A stretch of 64,000 nucleotides of DNA from Felis catus (Eukaryota), in NCBI RefSeq assembly GCF_018350175.1, contig NC_058383.1, positions 4,714,001-4,778,000 on the forward strand, in the 5' to 3' direction. Shown here one piece after another: positions 36,761-50,964 of the stretch. How positions within the stretch are numbered: the stretch's first letter is position 1; each line of letters begins with the position of its first letter. The notes under the pieces were generated by a model, which saw only the letters and a list, made by a program, of their open reading frames with translations, ran no database searches and was not told where the DNA came from. The position numbers and the translations under genes were made by a program.

Positions 36761-39189
36761 TAGAAATGGTACCGGAGGCTCTGGTCCCAGTCACCAGTCA
36801 CCTAGAGAGGACAGAAGAGGACGCAGGACCGTCCTGGTCTCGTAAACAAGCGAGGGCAGGCGGAGAAGCAGCCGGGAAAGCAGCTGAGAAATCGAGGCAC
36901 GTGGAGCCCTGAGGCCAAGAGGGTCCGTATCTCAGAGAGCAGAGAAGCCAGCCTAGCAAGGACACAAGGCCAGCCCAGCAGGCCAAGGTGGTGGCGGCGT
37001 CCTCAGGAGGCGTGTGGTCAGCCCACAGGTATGCCGTATTCCAGCCACGATCCCTGCTCCAGTGCACGTGTGGGCAGGGAACGGGCTGCTGCCAGGGGCA
37101 GGGGTCTGGCAGGCGACTACACAGGGCAAGCACCAAGGAGGGAGAGGTGCTGCTATCTAAGCCGGGCGAGGAGACAGGCGCAGGAAAGGGGTGGGGTCAG
37201 AAGAGGCGAGGACAGCCAGCACCCGGGAGCTGGAGGTGGTGGCCACGGGGTGGGGAGCCAGAGCAGGACGCGCCAAGTCAGCACTGGACAGGTCACGGGG
37301 TGCCTGAGTCGGGGGAGGCGGACAATGTGCCAGACCTCTTGGCCCAATTTTTCAAGCAGCACAAGAGGGGAATACACTTGTGTTTTGCCAGACTCCAATC
37401 TAGAAATCCAGAAACTCTGCTGGGTTCAGAACAGTCGGCATCTGTCCCGCCCAGACCCAGCAATCCTCAATTCTCAACTGACTCAGGGGCTCAGAAATGA
37501 GTACAGGGAGAAAAGGGAAGGAGGCCGTCTAGCAAACAGACTACAGTTCTAGTTAAGAAGGACCTTAGGTGGATTTAGTGCACCCAAGGTGACCCCAGCC
37601 CTGGCTACCGTATCCCCTCCCGGGCACAAGGCCACGTCTAAGACTATGCCCGGTCCTGCCCCTACCTCGGGCTCCCCAGACAGGAGGGGTGGAATAGGGG
37701 AGCACTCTGGGCTCACCGGCCCTACCTGGCACAACAACCAGCCACTGGAGAGGACAGAGGGGCAGTGGCCTGGCTAGCCGTCCTCCTCAGGGAGCTGCCA
37801 CAGGTCACACTGTGGGGACCACCCAGGCTGAAACCTGCGAAAGTCTGCACCCCAGGACCCTCCAAGAAGCATAGACAATGGGGCCACATCTAGACCACAT
37901 GATAAGGGACAGGCCAACGGAGGCCTGTGGCCCCTTTAATTGCAGGTGACTATTCTGAATAGGGCCGACCCTCCACTAAGGCCCCCTGAGAAACATCACC
38001 CACATCCAAGCCTCATCCTGTAAGCAGCTGCCATGGTCTCACCAACTAAAGCCCTCCCCAGTCTGCAGCCCAGGAACGGCTCCCAGACAGGGTCCCGGAG
38101 AGGGTGGACAGCTGGGGCAGGAAGGCCATTCTGCAACACCATGGACAGCGGGGCCCGGGCTCTTAACCACCACTTTAGAAGCCGATTTCCTCATCCGCAA
38201 GGGAGGCTGCTCTCCTCTGCCCTGCCATGTCACGGGGGTGCCGTGAGGATACAAAGTAAATGGGAAAATGCTTTGAAGAGTACACGTGTAGGCATAGCAT
38301 TGTCTGTGTTTCTCTGTTTTTATTTGAAAACACGTTTAGGAGAGGCTCTGAGTCTATCCAGGCACGTGACCGGCATGAGCCATCCAGCGCCCCTCACTAA
38401 GGTGACGTCACTCCAACCCAAGGCCGGTACACCCGCCATGCAAGGGCCCCCAGGGAGCCCTGAAACACCGAGCCTAACACACACCTCCTGAAGCACCCCC
38501 ACAGAACTGACAGTCCCGCGCCCTCAGCCTGGAAATTATGGATTCGGTTCGAATTTCTTTATTCCCCGTGTGAGTAAAGCAAGCAAAGCTCAGGGGGTTA
38601 GAGGAACAGAGCCAGAGTCACCTCAGTCCCCGGAGAAATTTGCCACCCTGAACACTTTCCGTACGCATCCCTCCCAAACCTCCTCCCGGGAAGGTGCGCG
38701 GCTGCCCGCCCAGGCCTGTGGCCAGCCCCCCAGACCCTTCGTTCACAGATGGCCAAGTGGGTGCAGAAGGCAAAGAGCCGGCTCCAGTCTGGGACCCAGA
38801 AGAGCTCTGGCACGGCCAGGACCGAGCGTGCCCACTCCCGTCCCTCTGAGCCAAAGACTTAACAACTGGCCCTCGCTTACCAAAACAACTCCAAGACCCA
38901 AAGAGACGCTCCAAGGCAGGGACAGGGACAGTGTGAAGGGCTCCTAAGAGGAAGCTCGAGGTTCTGTAAGGACTCCCCAGCCTTGGACGACCACAGGCTG
39001 GAATCAAGAGAAGCCAACCCACAAAGGCAGAGACTGGTGCACGACGGCCTCCCTGTCTCCACGCGCCCGTCCACAGCCCAGACCGCCAGCACCAGGGCTG
39101 CAGCAGAGAGCTAAGGTGAAGGCCAAAGTCGGCAGGGCTCTGAGGAGCTACAGAGGCAGAAACCGCACGAGAGTCCATCTCATACTCAC

Positions 39190-39303
39190 CTGTGTAGACG
39201 CCAGTGACAATGTCTCCTTCCTCAGGACGGGGGCTATCTGGGACCCAGGGCTCCTCCCCTTGTTCCAGCCGGAAGATCAGATCCGGCTTGGGGATTGGGT
39301 ATC
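39190..39303 (-). CDS. ZNF316: ZNF316 coding exon 4, KRAB-B box
   Basis: 114 nt, phase 1 to 1, donor [46 protein letters not shown]. Confidence 0.95.
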
Positions 39304-39718
39304 CTGGCCAGGAGAAGGACAGCCAGCAGCTGCAGGGCCGCTCTGGCCAGGCCCGGCCGCACCCCACGTGGTGCCATCCCAACACCCCAAGCCATCCTCA
39401 CTCTCTCGCCACTCTTCTCCCTCCTTCCCAGGACCAGCTCTCCCGCCTCCCAGCCTCCACTCTGGGAAAGCCCACCTTCACTTCTCTAGAACTTTGCCTT
39501 GATACCCCCCAGCTCTTCTGCAGGGCCCCCCCACACCTTCCTCACCCCTCTCCTCTATCACCTGACTCCTCCCCCACGGAGGCCCCTGGGGAGTATACAG
39601 AACAGAGACCACAGCTGGACCGGTGGCTCCCAGAACACATCCACCTGGCTCACGGCACTGCTGGACCACAGTGAAGACCCCAGAACACAGCCCCACCCAG
39701 AAGCCAGAGTGGTCCCTA

Positions 39719-40069
<351 letters not shown>

Positions 40070-40804
40070 TTACTTCAGGAAGAGCTGCCCGTGGACCTGC
40101 AACATGGAGCTCACGGGGACACAGCCCAACAGCCCAAAGCCCCAGTGGCACCGAGGGCTTCTGAGCCTGGCTGCACCCTGGAAGGCAAGGACCCCACGTC
40201 CGTTCAGAGGTGAGGAACCCAGGCTCAGACGGGGTGAGCACTCAGCTTGTGTGGGGCAGAGCCAAGACTCTCACACTGAGGCCAGGAGACAATGCAGCTC
40301 AAGTCCACGGCCGTGCTAAGAGGCGGTATCCTCCCCTCCTATGTCATTGTCCAACCTAAGCCAGTAGTCGCATCAGCAATGAGAGGGCCCACGCCTGGGT
40401 GAGTATGTGGCATCGACTAATCTGCCTGGGCTCGGCAGGAAGCCAGAGCCCGGCCAGGCGAGTGGCACTCCAGGTGAGGGACCACAGCCCGATCCTGGGA
40501 CAGAGCCAGTCCCCTGAAATAACTACGCACAGAGCAGCTGAGTAAGTGGCAGTCAACACACTCAGGACATCCCAATGGCCTGGGAAGTCTTGGGCCCCCG
40601 GAAGTGGAACCATATCCCATGGCTTTGCGGGTAGAGACCCCCAGCCGCGTCCTGCTGCCCCGTCCTTGCTCACAGCCTGAGCTCGCCCTGATGACCACGG
40701 CGCCCCTGCCTTGCCAACAGGGCTCTCCAGGACAGCAGGTGCCAGGCTTCCCCCTCAGGAAAGCCTGCCTGGTTAACTGAGCTCCAAGTGAGAGAGCGGC
40801 TCAC

Positions 40805-40929
40805 CTGAGACCCAGCTGTCAGGGAATCGTCATCATCTTCCTCGTCCTCGTCCTCCTCGTCCTCCTCCTCCTCCTCCTCATCCAGGTCCTCATCCCTAGG
40901 TGTGGCTGGAGCCTGGCTGGCCTGCAAGG
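40805..40929 (-). CDS. ZNF316: ZNF316 coding exon 2 (acidic poly-E/D tract)
   Basis: cctcccctcAG acceptor, CAG|GTGAG donor; 125 nt, phase 1 to 0; encodes LQASQAPATPRDEDLDEEEEEEDEEDEDEEDDDDSLTAGSQ. Confidence 0.92.
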
Positions 40930-41141
40930 CTGAGGGGAGGATCTCTTAGGGACCTGCCCTCGCCAACAGGCCTCATGGCCACCCCTGCCCAGACAGCAAG
41001 TAGGTCAGGAGCCCCCACTCCTCCGTTCCAAAGCCTGGGTCCTGACACTCCAGCTCCACCCTATCGGGCCAAAGAGCTCTCCCGACCTGCCCTCCCAAGC
41101 TCCCTCACCTCCTCCCCCCAAAGTCAGCTCCTTTTTCTTAC

Positions 41142-41490
41142 CCTTTTCCTGAAGAACTGGGGACTTGGCATCACCGGCACGGCGAAGGCGTCCCTGGGTC
41201 CCCAACGTGGGACTCTGCTCCTCTGCCACCACCTCGTCCTCGTCCGCCTCCACCTCCACCTCCACCTGCTCCACATGCCCTGCCTGCCCCCCCTCCTCCT
41301 CTTCCTCCTCCACCACCGCCTGGTCCTCCCTGTCCTCCGCTAGGAGCTCCTCCTCCTCCTCCTCCAGCTCCACCTCTTCCCCCTTTTCTTCTTCCTCTTC
41401 TTCCTCCTGAGCAGGACCACATCCCAACCCATCCTCCGCCTTCGCCAGCTGCGTGGCTGGTGAGTCCGGGGTCGTACGAAGAGCTGCCAT
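41142..41490 (-). CDS. ZNF316: ZNF316 coding exon 1 (start codon; acidic Glu-rich N-terminus)
   Basis: ATG at 41490-41488 gives [15 protein letters not shown]...VLQEK, matching the ZNF316 N-terminus as I recall it. Acceptor tctgtgtttcAG before 41518; donor G|GTAAG after 41142; 349 coding nt, ends phase 1. Confidence 0.93.
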
Positions 41491-43499
41491 CTTCTCCGGA
41501 GGAGAGCCTCAGCTCGGCCTGAAACACAGACGGGCAGCGGGGATGAGCCGCCCCCACCCCCCGCTCGCTCCCACACGCGCTGCTCCTCGGGCCTCCCTCC
41601 GTCCCCCGGGAGGCAGGACTTATCTCCCCCACTAGATAGTGACACACCAAAGGAGGAAGGACCGAGGCTCTTCCTGTGCTCTCATGAGGCACAACTGGGA
41701 CACTCTGTGCCCAGAAAGACTAACCACAGGGCCCCTCTCTGTGACCCCATTATGCAGCCTCAGCTCCCTCTTGCCAGAAATTCTGTGCAGGGCACGAACT
41801 GCTGTGCCGTCTAGGAGTAAATCAGGGATTTAGCCTAGGTCTTCATCCTCAGGGCCTGTGAGAAGCAGGGGGTCCAGGCCACACGGCCGAGGGTGGCCCA
41901 CATCTGGCTGCAAGGGGCGAGTGCGGCCTGTGAGCAACAGCCCACCTCCATCCGGGGGACCCACCTCTGCACACCGACACTGTGCCAGCAGGGGTGCGGG
42001 AGGAAAGGCCCGGGCTCGGGCAGGGGTGACAGGTAAGGCAGGCGGGCTCATTCGCCACCGCCTGGAAGGCAGGCCAGTCGGGCTCCTATTTGCCAGAGGC
42101 AGCGACACAAGACGTCGTGGGTCTGCGCTGCCCCCTGCGTCTCCCTGGCCCCTCACTCCATCCAGGGCATTCGGGAAAAGTTCAGCAGCTCGTGGAGACT
42201 TGCTTCATCGCCGGACCAGCAGATACAACCTAAAATGCCCTTTAACGGCTCTTCAAGTTTAAGGATCAGAGAATCCCAGGAGGGAACTGTCAAAGGCCCA
42301 GTGGCTTCCAGGGTGCCACTCACACCAGTGTCACAGCTGCCTCAGCCCAGGTGCTCCGGAGACAGAGCCACGCGGCGGCACGGCCCAGACCCGAGGGCTC
42401 GAGGGGGGGGGGGGGGGGGCGGCGGCGCCTCCCTCCCAGGTGCACACCCTCCACCAGCCTGTGGAGATCCAAGGGCAGGACAGAGTCACAGTTTTGACAG
42501 GTCAGTTTCTGGGGCTCCTTCTTGAGTGAAAACTTGAGGAGCCTACCCTCCAGCCCCGTCAGCGTTTCAGACCTAAAGTGGGCCACTCCCGAAGTGACCT
42601 GAGCCCACTGCAAACACAGCAACCCCAGCGCCCTGGGATGACGGCACGACCACCAGAAGCATCCTGCAACATCGGGCCCCGTGGGGCAGGTGGGCCCAGC
42701 GCAGCTCGTCGGGCTCCAGCAGTGGACAGCATCTGCCGCGGAACCCCTCCAACGGGACAGGGGCGCCCCACATGGAGACGTGCAGGGTCACGAGAGCGGC
42801 TCAGAACACCAGGTATCCGCAGGGAAACTGCTCAGCGACGAGCTCTCATTCCACAACCCCTCGCTTTTCTACTAACGAGGCAGCACGCACCAGTTCTCGG
42901 CACCACTCTGAGCTGCCGAGGCTTTACACGCCCACACTTTCAGAGCAGGTGCCTCGGTGCACCCATGACAGCCTTCCAGAGACCAAGGCCCAGGTCCAGC
43001 GGCTGGGATGTGTGGGCACCCAGAGGCCACCTCTGTCCTGCCCCTCATGCTCCCCTCTAGCTGACTAGATTGCGGATTCACAGACACCGAATCCAAGGTC
43101 ACAGGTGAAGAGCTATGCCTCTACAGGCCACCCCAGCCTCCAGACGCTCCCCCAAACCAACCTCCTCGGTCTCCATGGTTCTTTGGGCACGTGAGGGTGC
43201 CCAGGTGTAGAAACGTGTGCCGTGGGTAACGCCAGCCACTTCCAGGAGGGCACAGCCCTCCCCGGCACTCAGGGCACTGAGAGTGTGCTCAGCAAAGGTT
43301 TCCCAACCACCACCCACCTCAGGCCCACAGGAGGGCTTTTCTCACCCAGGCCTCGGGCTACAAATCCACATGGAACTCAGACACCGCACCAAGCCCAGCA
43401 GAGCTGCCTTCTGCCTGGCCACCATCCAGAGCAGACTCCCACAGGCCAGTCTGCTGTACCCGAGGACCCACTCACAAAAGAAGAAAACCCCAAGGCTTT

Positions 43500-43815
43500 G
43501 GAATACAGTGGCCCCATGCTGGTCCCACCTCCGGACCTTTGCACATGCCATTCCCTTTCCCCGGCTCTCACTTCCCCTCTTCTTCACTGAGCCTCTGGAA
43601 GTAGCCTCCTGGGTCCCCTGTTTCACACAGTTCTCTGAACTCTGCCCTCACGGCACCTCACTTTTATATATTTACAGAACTGTCTGCTCAGTGCCCGTCT
43701 CCCCAAGCACACAGTCCACTGCAGGAAGGCGAAGTTCCCTCTGCTCATCTCTGAACACTCCCCCCACCCTACCCCGTGCCAGGCACAGAGCGAGCACGCA
43801 AATATTTATTAAGGA
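43500..43815. mobile_element. L2-like 3' fragment
   Basis: ggacctttgcacatgccattccct ... gtgccaggcacagag..caaatatttattaa. Confidence 0.5.
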
Positions 43816-43867
43816 AACGGCTCTAAAGTCTGTAATCAACATGATAACATGAGATTTTAAAAACTCA

Positions 43868-43980
43868 GGGGCACCTGGCTGGCTCAGTCAGTAGAGCATG
43901 CGACTCTCGATCTCGGGGTTGTGAGTGCAAGCCCTACGTTGCGCACAGAGCTCACTAAAAACAAAAACAAAAAACAAAAC
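43868..43980 (+). mobile_element. Short tRNA-derived SINE in a ZNF316 5' intron
   Basis: ggggcacctggctggctcagtcagtagagcatgcgactc head + (CAAAA)n tail. Confidence 0.82.
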
Positions 43981-45299
43981 CCTCGGTATTCTGGCCCCAC
44001 TGTCACGTTCCACAACAGACTGACCACTCTTTGGGGTCCTTCAAAATGGAACCCATCCCAGAAGCACTATGGAGTCTCTGCCTTCAAAGAGGCTGTCTCC
44101 TGAAGTCCCTTTTCCTCCAAAATGCACCTGCTGATGACCAGAGAAGGGAAAGGCTCAGCAGCACTGGAGGTCAGCAGTCATTCTGCAGATGGAATCACAG
44201 CCTAGCACAAACAGACACCCCACATACCCCAACACAGAATCCAGAACAGAATCATTCCGGAAAACAGACTTCAGTCACTCAGGCACCAAGTTCCTTCTGC
44301 CTCACCAGGCAGCTAGGTGCTGGGCACACTCCCCCAGACCCACACGCTCTCCTCTCTCCTCTTCCCAGCCTGCCAGCCCACTGAAACTCACTCTGCCCGC
44401 TTCCTGGCATCCGATCCCAGGTCAGAAGCCACAGAGGGTCAGGTAAGCAGCCTCATCAACATAAGCCCCCAGGGCATCCCAGACCCTTACTTCCCTTGGG
44501 GCCCTGCACCCTAGGACACAGCACTGCCGACTCAGGACTCAGAACTGAGGATGACAAAACACCCTCTATGAGAACAGAAAGCAGCAGCAAAGTTTGGAAA
44601 CTGTTAGAACTCTCCACAAAAGTCCCAAATCCAAGAAGCCTACCTAGAAAGGAAGAAACGTGTGGGTACATATATATCTAGGCCCCTTCCTTCCCTCTAG
44701 GTGGCCTTACTGACCACACTCCTGTTATTCAAGGCCTTCCAGGTTTTTGCCTCCTTCAAGAAGCCTTCCTTCCTTGACAACTAGGATCCTCACTGTGTGT
44801 CCATGGCTCGGGCTCCCCTACTCTCCAGGATTTGCTCCTGGTGCAGGTGTATCCATGGGGCTACTCCCCCAGCTCCCCCGGGCCAGCCCTTCACTATGCT
44901 GGCCAGCTCCCCAGACCTGCCAACACTTGTTGAACGAAACCAAGTACCAAGATCTCTCCGCACAGGTGCAGCTAGGGGCCTAATCCCTCTGCACACCTCC
45001 CCTTCTCCCTACCCACCTAGTCCTCTACCAAAGGCCAGCCCCTCTCCCACCTCTGCCGCCACATGGGGCGGCCCAGACCCTGTCCAACCCCAGGGATGAG
45101 TTCCCCTACCGGACGACCAGCAGTAGAAGACGGCATAGCAGCCCACCGGAGCCTCCATTTGCAGAGAGGGAGGACCCAGACGAGGCCCCCAAGGTCACTA
45201 AGCAAGCTCCGGGGGCGCCTGGCCAAGCCACTTCCATCCCTCCAGGGGGCTTATCGGGCTCGGGTCTCCCGCAGAGGCCCTGGCGGTGACAGCCCCTCC

Positions 45300-45960
45300 T
45301 GGATGGGTGTGTCCCCGGGGGTGGCCACGGCCCAACCCCCGCCCCTCGGGCCTAGCCGGCGGCGGGCACCTCCCGAGGAGTCCGCGCGTGTCCTCCCCAG
45401 CCCCGCCTGCTCCGCGCCGCCGGCCTCTGCCCGCCCCGGGGGTCGGAGCCCGCCCCCATCGCGCGGGGCCGGGCGGGGGTCGGCGGGCAGCGCCGGGCGT
45501 GGGCGCGGCCGCCGAGATCCCGGCCGGCGCGCCGCTCCGGCCCCGCCAGGCCCAGGCCAGGCCCCGTCGGCCCCGCGGCCTCCCAGCGCCGGCGTGGAGG
45601 GGCGGCCCGACCCCCCGGCCCGGCCCTCGCGCCCGGCCGCCCGCACCTGCCGCCCGCGCCGCCGCCCACTCACCGCGCGCGCGCCGGGCCGGCCGAGCCG
45701 CCGCCGGACGCCGGGGCCGGGCCGGGCCTGCGCGCCCAGCGCTACACAAAGTGACGGCCCCGGAGCTGCGCGGCGGCGGCGCGTGGGCACCGGAAGTGCT
45801 GCCGCCGGGCCCCGCCCCGCCCGCGCCCACGGGGGGCCACTTCCGGTCACGCGGGGTCGAGCGCGGCTCCCGGAGGGGGCGTGCGTGGAGGGAGAGGAGG
45901 TGCCGCTCGTGCGCGGGAGGGCGCTCTGGGCCTTGGAGCCCGGCTCCACCCCTGGGGATC
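45300..45960 (-). promoter_or_regulatory. ZNF316: ZNF316 CpG-island promoter and non-coding first exon
   Basis: Very high GC/CpG. Two oppositely oriented ETS/GABPA motifs (ACCGGAAGTG 45789-45798, CACTTCCGGT 45838-45847) and GC boxes. Minus-strand donor G|GTGAGT at 45673-45668 ends a first exon at 45674. Confidence 0.85.
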
Positions 45961-48900
45961 CCGGTGCCCTCATCCCGCGACCCCGACCCAATCCCTGGAG
46001 ACCCCAGCCCCACCCCTGGGAACTCCAGCGACTCCTGCCCGGAGACCCCATCCCACCCCTAGACACCCCAGCGCCCTTTGCCCCGACCGGAGATAGGGCC
46101 CCCTGTCCTGGGAACCTCAGCGCCCCCTGCCCAGATCCGAGGCCCAGACCCCAGCCCCAGACACCCCATGAGCTCCAACTCTGAGACCTCGACCCCAGCC
46201 CCTGGACACCCCAACCCCGCCCTCTCCCTGGAGTCACCGGTGACATCCCTCTCACCTGCGAGCCTACTCCCTCCCCAAGCCCAGTAGGGATTCCTAATTC
46301 AACCAAGATTCGGGAATGACTACTGAGTGCCAGACCGGAGTTCATCCCACCCCAACCTTGGGACCCTCTCTAGGTCCGGAGTCGGTGGAGACGGGCCAAG
46401 ATCTATGGAGGAGCCTCGCGGAGGCCATCCATCCAGCTGGCGTGCCATGACACCAGCCGAGGGTAGGGGCGCTCCCTTGCAGGTGATGGACAAGAGGGAC
46501 TGTAGCAGGTGGGCCGGGTGTCCACTGCTCACGGGCAATGCTTTGTGGGACCACTAGTGCCTGTAGGACCAGCGCTGCTAAAGGTAGGGGATTTATCCAG
46601 AATGGATGACGATGAGGACTGAAGGTGCGGGGGGGCCAGGGCAGCTGAATGAATGCATTGCAATCCTTGCATTGGAGCCCTTGCGTGGAAGGACTTGAAA
46701 TCAGTACCACGAAGAGGGCCAGCCTCTGAGCACAGAAGGGTCTACCAAGCAGAGGGAGGTACAAATAATAGGTGGCTGTAGGAGCTGTGAGAAGGTGAGG
46801 TCGCTGGACTCAGGGTCCACCTGCAGTCCTCCCCAAAACCTGTCTGCATCCACCCCCAGGGGCGAGGCTGGGGTCGGAGCTCTTGTGCCCACAGAGGTCC
46901 GGGCCCTTTTCAGCCTGGCTCCACGCCCCCAGTCAGGAAGGGTGTGGCCCGGCTCCTTCCCTACCTCCCACCCCACAGGTACCATTATTCTTATATTTTC
47001 TGTAGCGGTCCCCCGGCCTTGGACCCACCAGACAGAGCAGCAACCTAACTGGGCTTCGGGCAGGTTCAAACCTGTCTGAAATACCAGCTTCTCCCCTCCA
47101 AAACCTCAGCCCCTGGCTGGTGAGCTTGTCGGGCTTACAGAGGACACAGACCTGTGTCCTGAAGAGGGGAGGGGTGCAGCTCCCCTAACCCCAACTCTTG
47201 CCTTCTGGAGCCCAGAGCACCAGCTGCCCACCCTAACTCCTCATAATGACCGGCTTTGGCTCCTGGTGGTTTAAAACTGTTTTCAAATTAATATAACACT
47301 TAAAAACGGGAAGTCTCTTGTAAGAAGATGGAAAAAATCAGAAATTCTCCCAACGCACAGGCCGTGGCTGACAGGGCACCTGTTAGGGGGCCCCGAGAAG
47401 CGACCAGCAGCCCCTGCTTCTACACGGCACCTCCCGTCTGGTCCTTTGGAGCCCTGGACCCCCAGCGTAGACTCTACCCCCCCCCCCCAGGTGGTCCCAA
47501 TGAGAGGCTCTGAATGTAGGTTAAGGAGCAGGAGCAGTGGAGGCCAGGGAAAGAGAAGCAGTGGGAATGGAGGCCCAGAGACTGGCACCTGGACCTACAT
47601 GGGGGGGGGGGGGGTGGCAGGGAGGGATGGTGTCTCCCCGGCCTGTGGAGAGCTGGAGAAAGTGCAAATGAGGCCACCCAGTGGGAGCAGCACCTGTGAC
47701 GAGGCGGGAGAATACTCCACCCTTCCCACCAGCACTGCCCATTGGCCAAATCCACTTGTACTGTGGGGGTGCAAGGGGGGCCCTGGGACCGCAGCCACAG
47801 TTCAATGCCCAAGGCTGGGCAGAAAGCATATGGGGGTAGAGTGGGGGGCTAAAACAGACCCAACAGCTCCATCCCTGCCTTAGGACCCCCCCCCCTTGTC
47901 AGGCAGGGACGGGTATCACCTCAGCATCTGCTCAGAACTTTTCTTGGCCTGTCCCCTCACCTGAGGCCTAAACGAAGACCTGATTTCTTCCCCTCCCTTC
48001 TCTGAAGAGATTTTCAAAGGCATGGAGTCCACCAGACTCTCCCCACTCAGCAGGCTCTGCCTGAGTCTCTGCTGCCCCCCCACCCCCCAGGGCCTCTCTG
48101 TTTCCTCCCCTCTCTGAGGCTCTGTCTCCTCCCCCCCACCCCCAGGAGCCTCTCCTTCCTCCTGCCCTGTGATGGGCAGAGTCCCCCAAAGCTTGTCCGT
48201 CCCAGGACACCAAGTGGTGCAGTCACACAAAGGCCCCACAGTCCACCACCCAGCCGGCGTGTCTGAGGTCAAAGTTAGGCTTAGGACGCTCCCCCCAGTG
48301 TACTCCCCCTCTGCCCCACACCTGTGGCTTCAGCAGCAAGGTGTGCTCAGGCAGACCGCCCGCTATTGTGTGAGACTAAAAGCTAAGCTCCTTGATGGGA
48401 GCCTTACTTTATAGTCAGATAAATAGAATCCCCTGCTCTTACGACCTCGCCTGATCTGGTTGCTTCCAGCTCAGCTCTCCACTGGATCCAGACTGGGTGC
48501 TCGGGGGCCTTGCCAGCCGCCTCAGACTGGCCACGCCTCTGCAGATGACCCTCCTCTGGGCCCCGTGTCATCTTCGTGCCTACTCAGGAGCAGTGCTAGG
48601 CTGTCCCAAACAGGTCATGCTTGGGACTCTTCATGTCCTGAAGTCACCTGGCCTTGACCCTTCCAGCCACCTAAGCCCAGAGCTGCCGGGGTTTGGAGCT
48701 GGCTGCCCCAGGGCCTGTAGGCACGGAACCTGGGCACGACCTAGGGCGGGGCCCCTGCCAGGCGGGCCTCTCCCCACAGGAGTGCTGGAGAGCCAGACCC
48801 CCAGGCTCCAGTCTTGATTCCCTGCCTCCTCTCCCCTTTACTCCATCACACAGTGATGTTTGAAAGCCGCTTGGGTTTTATGAACTCACAGTCCTGGTCA

Positions 48901-50556
48901 AGTCCTGGCCCCTGCCCTTCTCTGGCCGCCTCTTCCTGTGGGTTCTCGGGTCCTCCATGGCACCACCGCTCTGAGGCCAACGGTTTTTCCACCCCTGCTT
49001 TTCTCTTATTCCCAGCGGGGATTCCTGATGGGGTGTTCCCTCACACACCCACACACGGCTGAGTGCAGGGCCCAGTGCTCATGCCTGTTCTCTGAAGCAC
49101 TCAGGCCCGGCTGTCTAGGTGGTGGGGAGGGCAAGGAGACGGAGCCTTCACTCGGGCCCCTGGTTCAACAGGCCCCAAGAGTTAGGCCTCGGATTGAGCC
49201 GTGAAAGCTGATGGGAGGTGCCAGGGCTGAGTGGGGAGAGATGAGCAGGGGTGGGGGCCAGCAAGAGCTTAAAGCGTGCCTGGGCTCCGCTAAGGGGCTG
49301 TCCCCACCCACGCGGAGAAGCCAGTTAGGTCCATTTGCATTTACTGCTGGGGTTCTCAAAACTCGGAATTGCAATCCTGCCTGGGAGCGACAGAGAACCC
49401 TCACGAACAAGTGTAAATGTAAACAAGGCGTCACTATTCCATACCAGAGGTAATTGGGAACCGAGAGAGATTTGGTGTCATTTTTGACAAGATGGGCTGG
49501 GGTCTACACGTGCCCAAGTCCTGCGAGTTGTCTGCGAGGGGCAGCTGACGGGAAATAGAAGGAACCTCCGAGGAAGGAACCCAGTTCCGCTAAAGGCCTC
49601 TGCCAGCGTGAGTCAGCCTGCAGAGGTACGGGGATCGGGAGGGCAAGCAGGCCTGCATCAGGGGCCGGTCCACCCTCCACCCAGCTGCTTATAAAGCCGG
49701 AAGGCAAGAGGGGAGAGGTGGCTGGCAGTACATCCCGGGGTAAGGCCTGCCTAGGCCTGTGCACCTGCACCCTGGAAGAGTAGGAAGCAGCAAGAACAGA
49801 GCAGCAGAGACTCAAATTGGACGTTGCCACTCAGCCCAACCAGCGGCTGACCTACTGTCACTGGGAAGGGGCTGGTGGAGGTGAGCTGGGCACAGGGAAG
49901 CAGCAGCCCCTCCCAGACACGTCGGGCTACTCTCGGCTTGAGCTTCTCCGGAACCATGCCACCTGCACCGGTCTCCGGGACAGAGGTAAGGGACACAGAG
50001 TCTCCAGGCGCAGAGGAGAGCAAGTCACAACTATGAGGTGCAGCCTGCGAGCCACGGGCCAGGTGCTGGGGGAAGCGGAGGTGGGACAGGTGGCATTTCA
50101 GCCAAGCTTGGAAGGTGGCCAGAAGCCGGGAGGCAGAGGGGCAGGCGAGACCTGACCCGAGCAAGAGGAGGTGGGGAGTTTGGGGCCAGTGGGGGGATGG
50201 GGGCCATCCTGTGGCTGGGGACTCATACCTCGGTAGGGCCTGCATGGAGGCGAGCAGCCACCAAAGGCAGCAGGCGGAGGTGGGTCATGACTTACCAGGA
50301 CGGATGTGGGGCCACGGCAGGGGTCCACAAAGTGTCTACTTGAGCTCTTCTAACAAAGATACGACAGGCCAGGGGGCTGAAACAACATTTATTTCTCACA
50401 GTTCTGGGAACTGGAAGTTCAAGATCAAGGCGTTGGCAGAGTCAGTGTCTGGTGAGAACCTGCTTCCTAGTTCATAGCCGGTACCCTGGCTGTGTCCTTC
50501 TTCAGTGGAAGGGGCAAGGAAGGTCTCTGAGGACCCTTTTATAAGGGCACTAATCC

Positions 50557-50964
50557 AGGGGCGCCTGGGTGGCACAGTCAGTTAAGCATCTGACTTTGGC
50601 TCAGGTCACGACCTCAAGGTTTATGGGTTCAAGACCCGCATCGGGCTCTGTGCTGACATCTCAGAGCCTGGAGCCTGTTTTGGATTCTGTGTCTCCCTCT
50701 CTCTCCACCCCTCCCCCACTTGTGCTCTGTCCCTCTCTCTCTCAAAATAAATATTTTTTTAAGTTTATTTATTTATTCTGAGAGAGAGGAGGAGAGAGAG
50801 AATTCCAAGCAGGCTCCACACTGTCAGTGCAGAGCTCAGTGCGGGGCTTGAACTCACAAACCGAGTGATCATGACTTGAGCCAAAATCAGAGTCAGATGC
50901 TTAACCAACTGAGCCACCCAGGCACCCTTCAAAAATAAATAAACATTAAATTTTTTTTTTTTAA
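50557..50964 (+). mobile_element. CanSINE (host) with an inverted SINE nested in its tail
   Basis: TSD ataagggcactaatcc (50541-50556 and 50965-50980). Confidence 0.9.
50753..50927 (-). mobile_element. CanSINE nested in the tail of the preceding SINE
   Basis: Reverse copy ending gagccacccaggcaccc, flanked by aaaataaata repeats. Confidence 0.88.

Noticed and set aside
45063..46345. 250-370 aa ORFs across the ZNF316 promoter
   Set aside because: Stop-poor CpG-island sequence giving Pro/Arg/Gly/Ala-rich translations with no domain.
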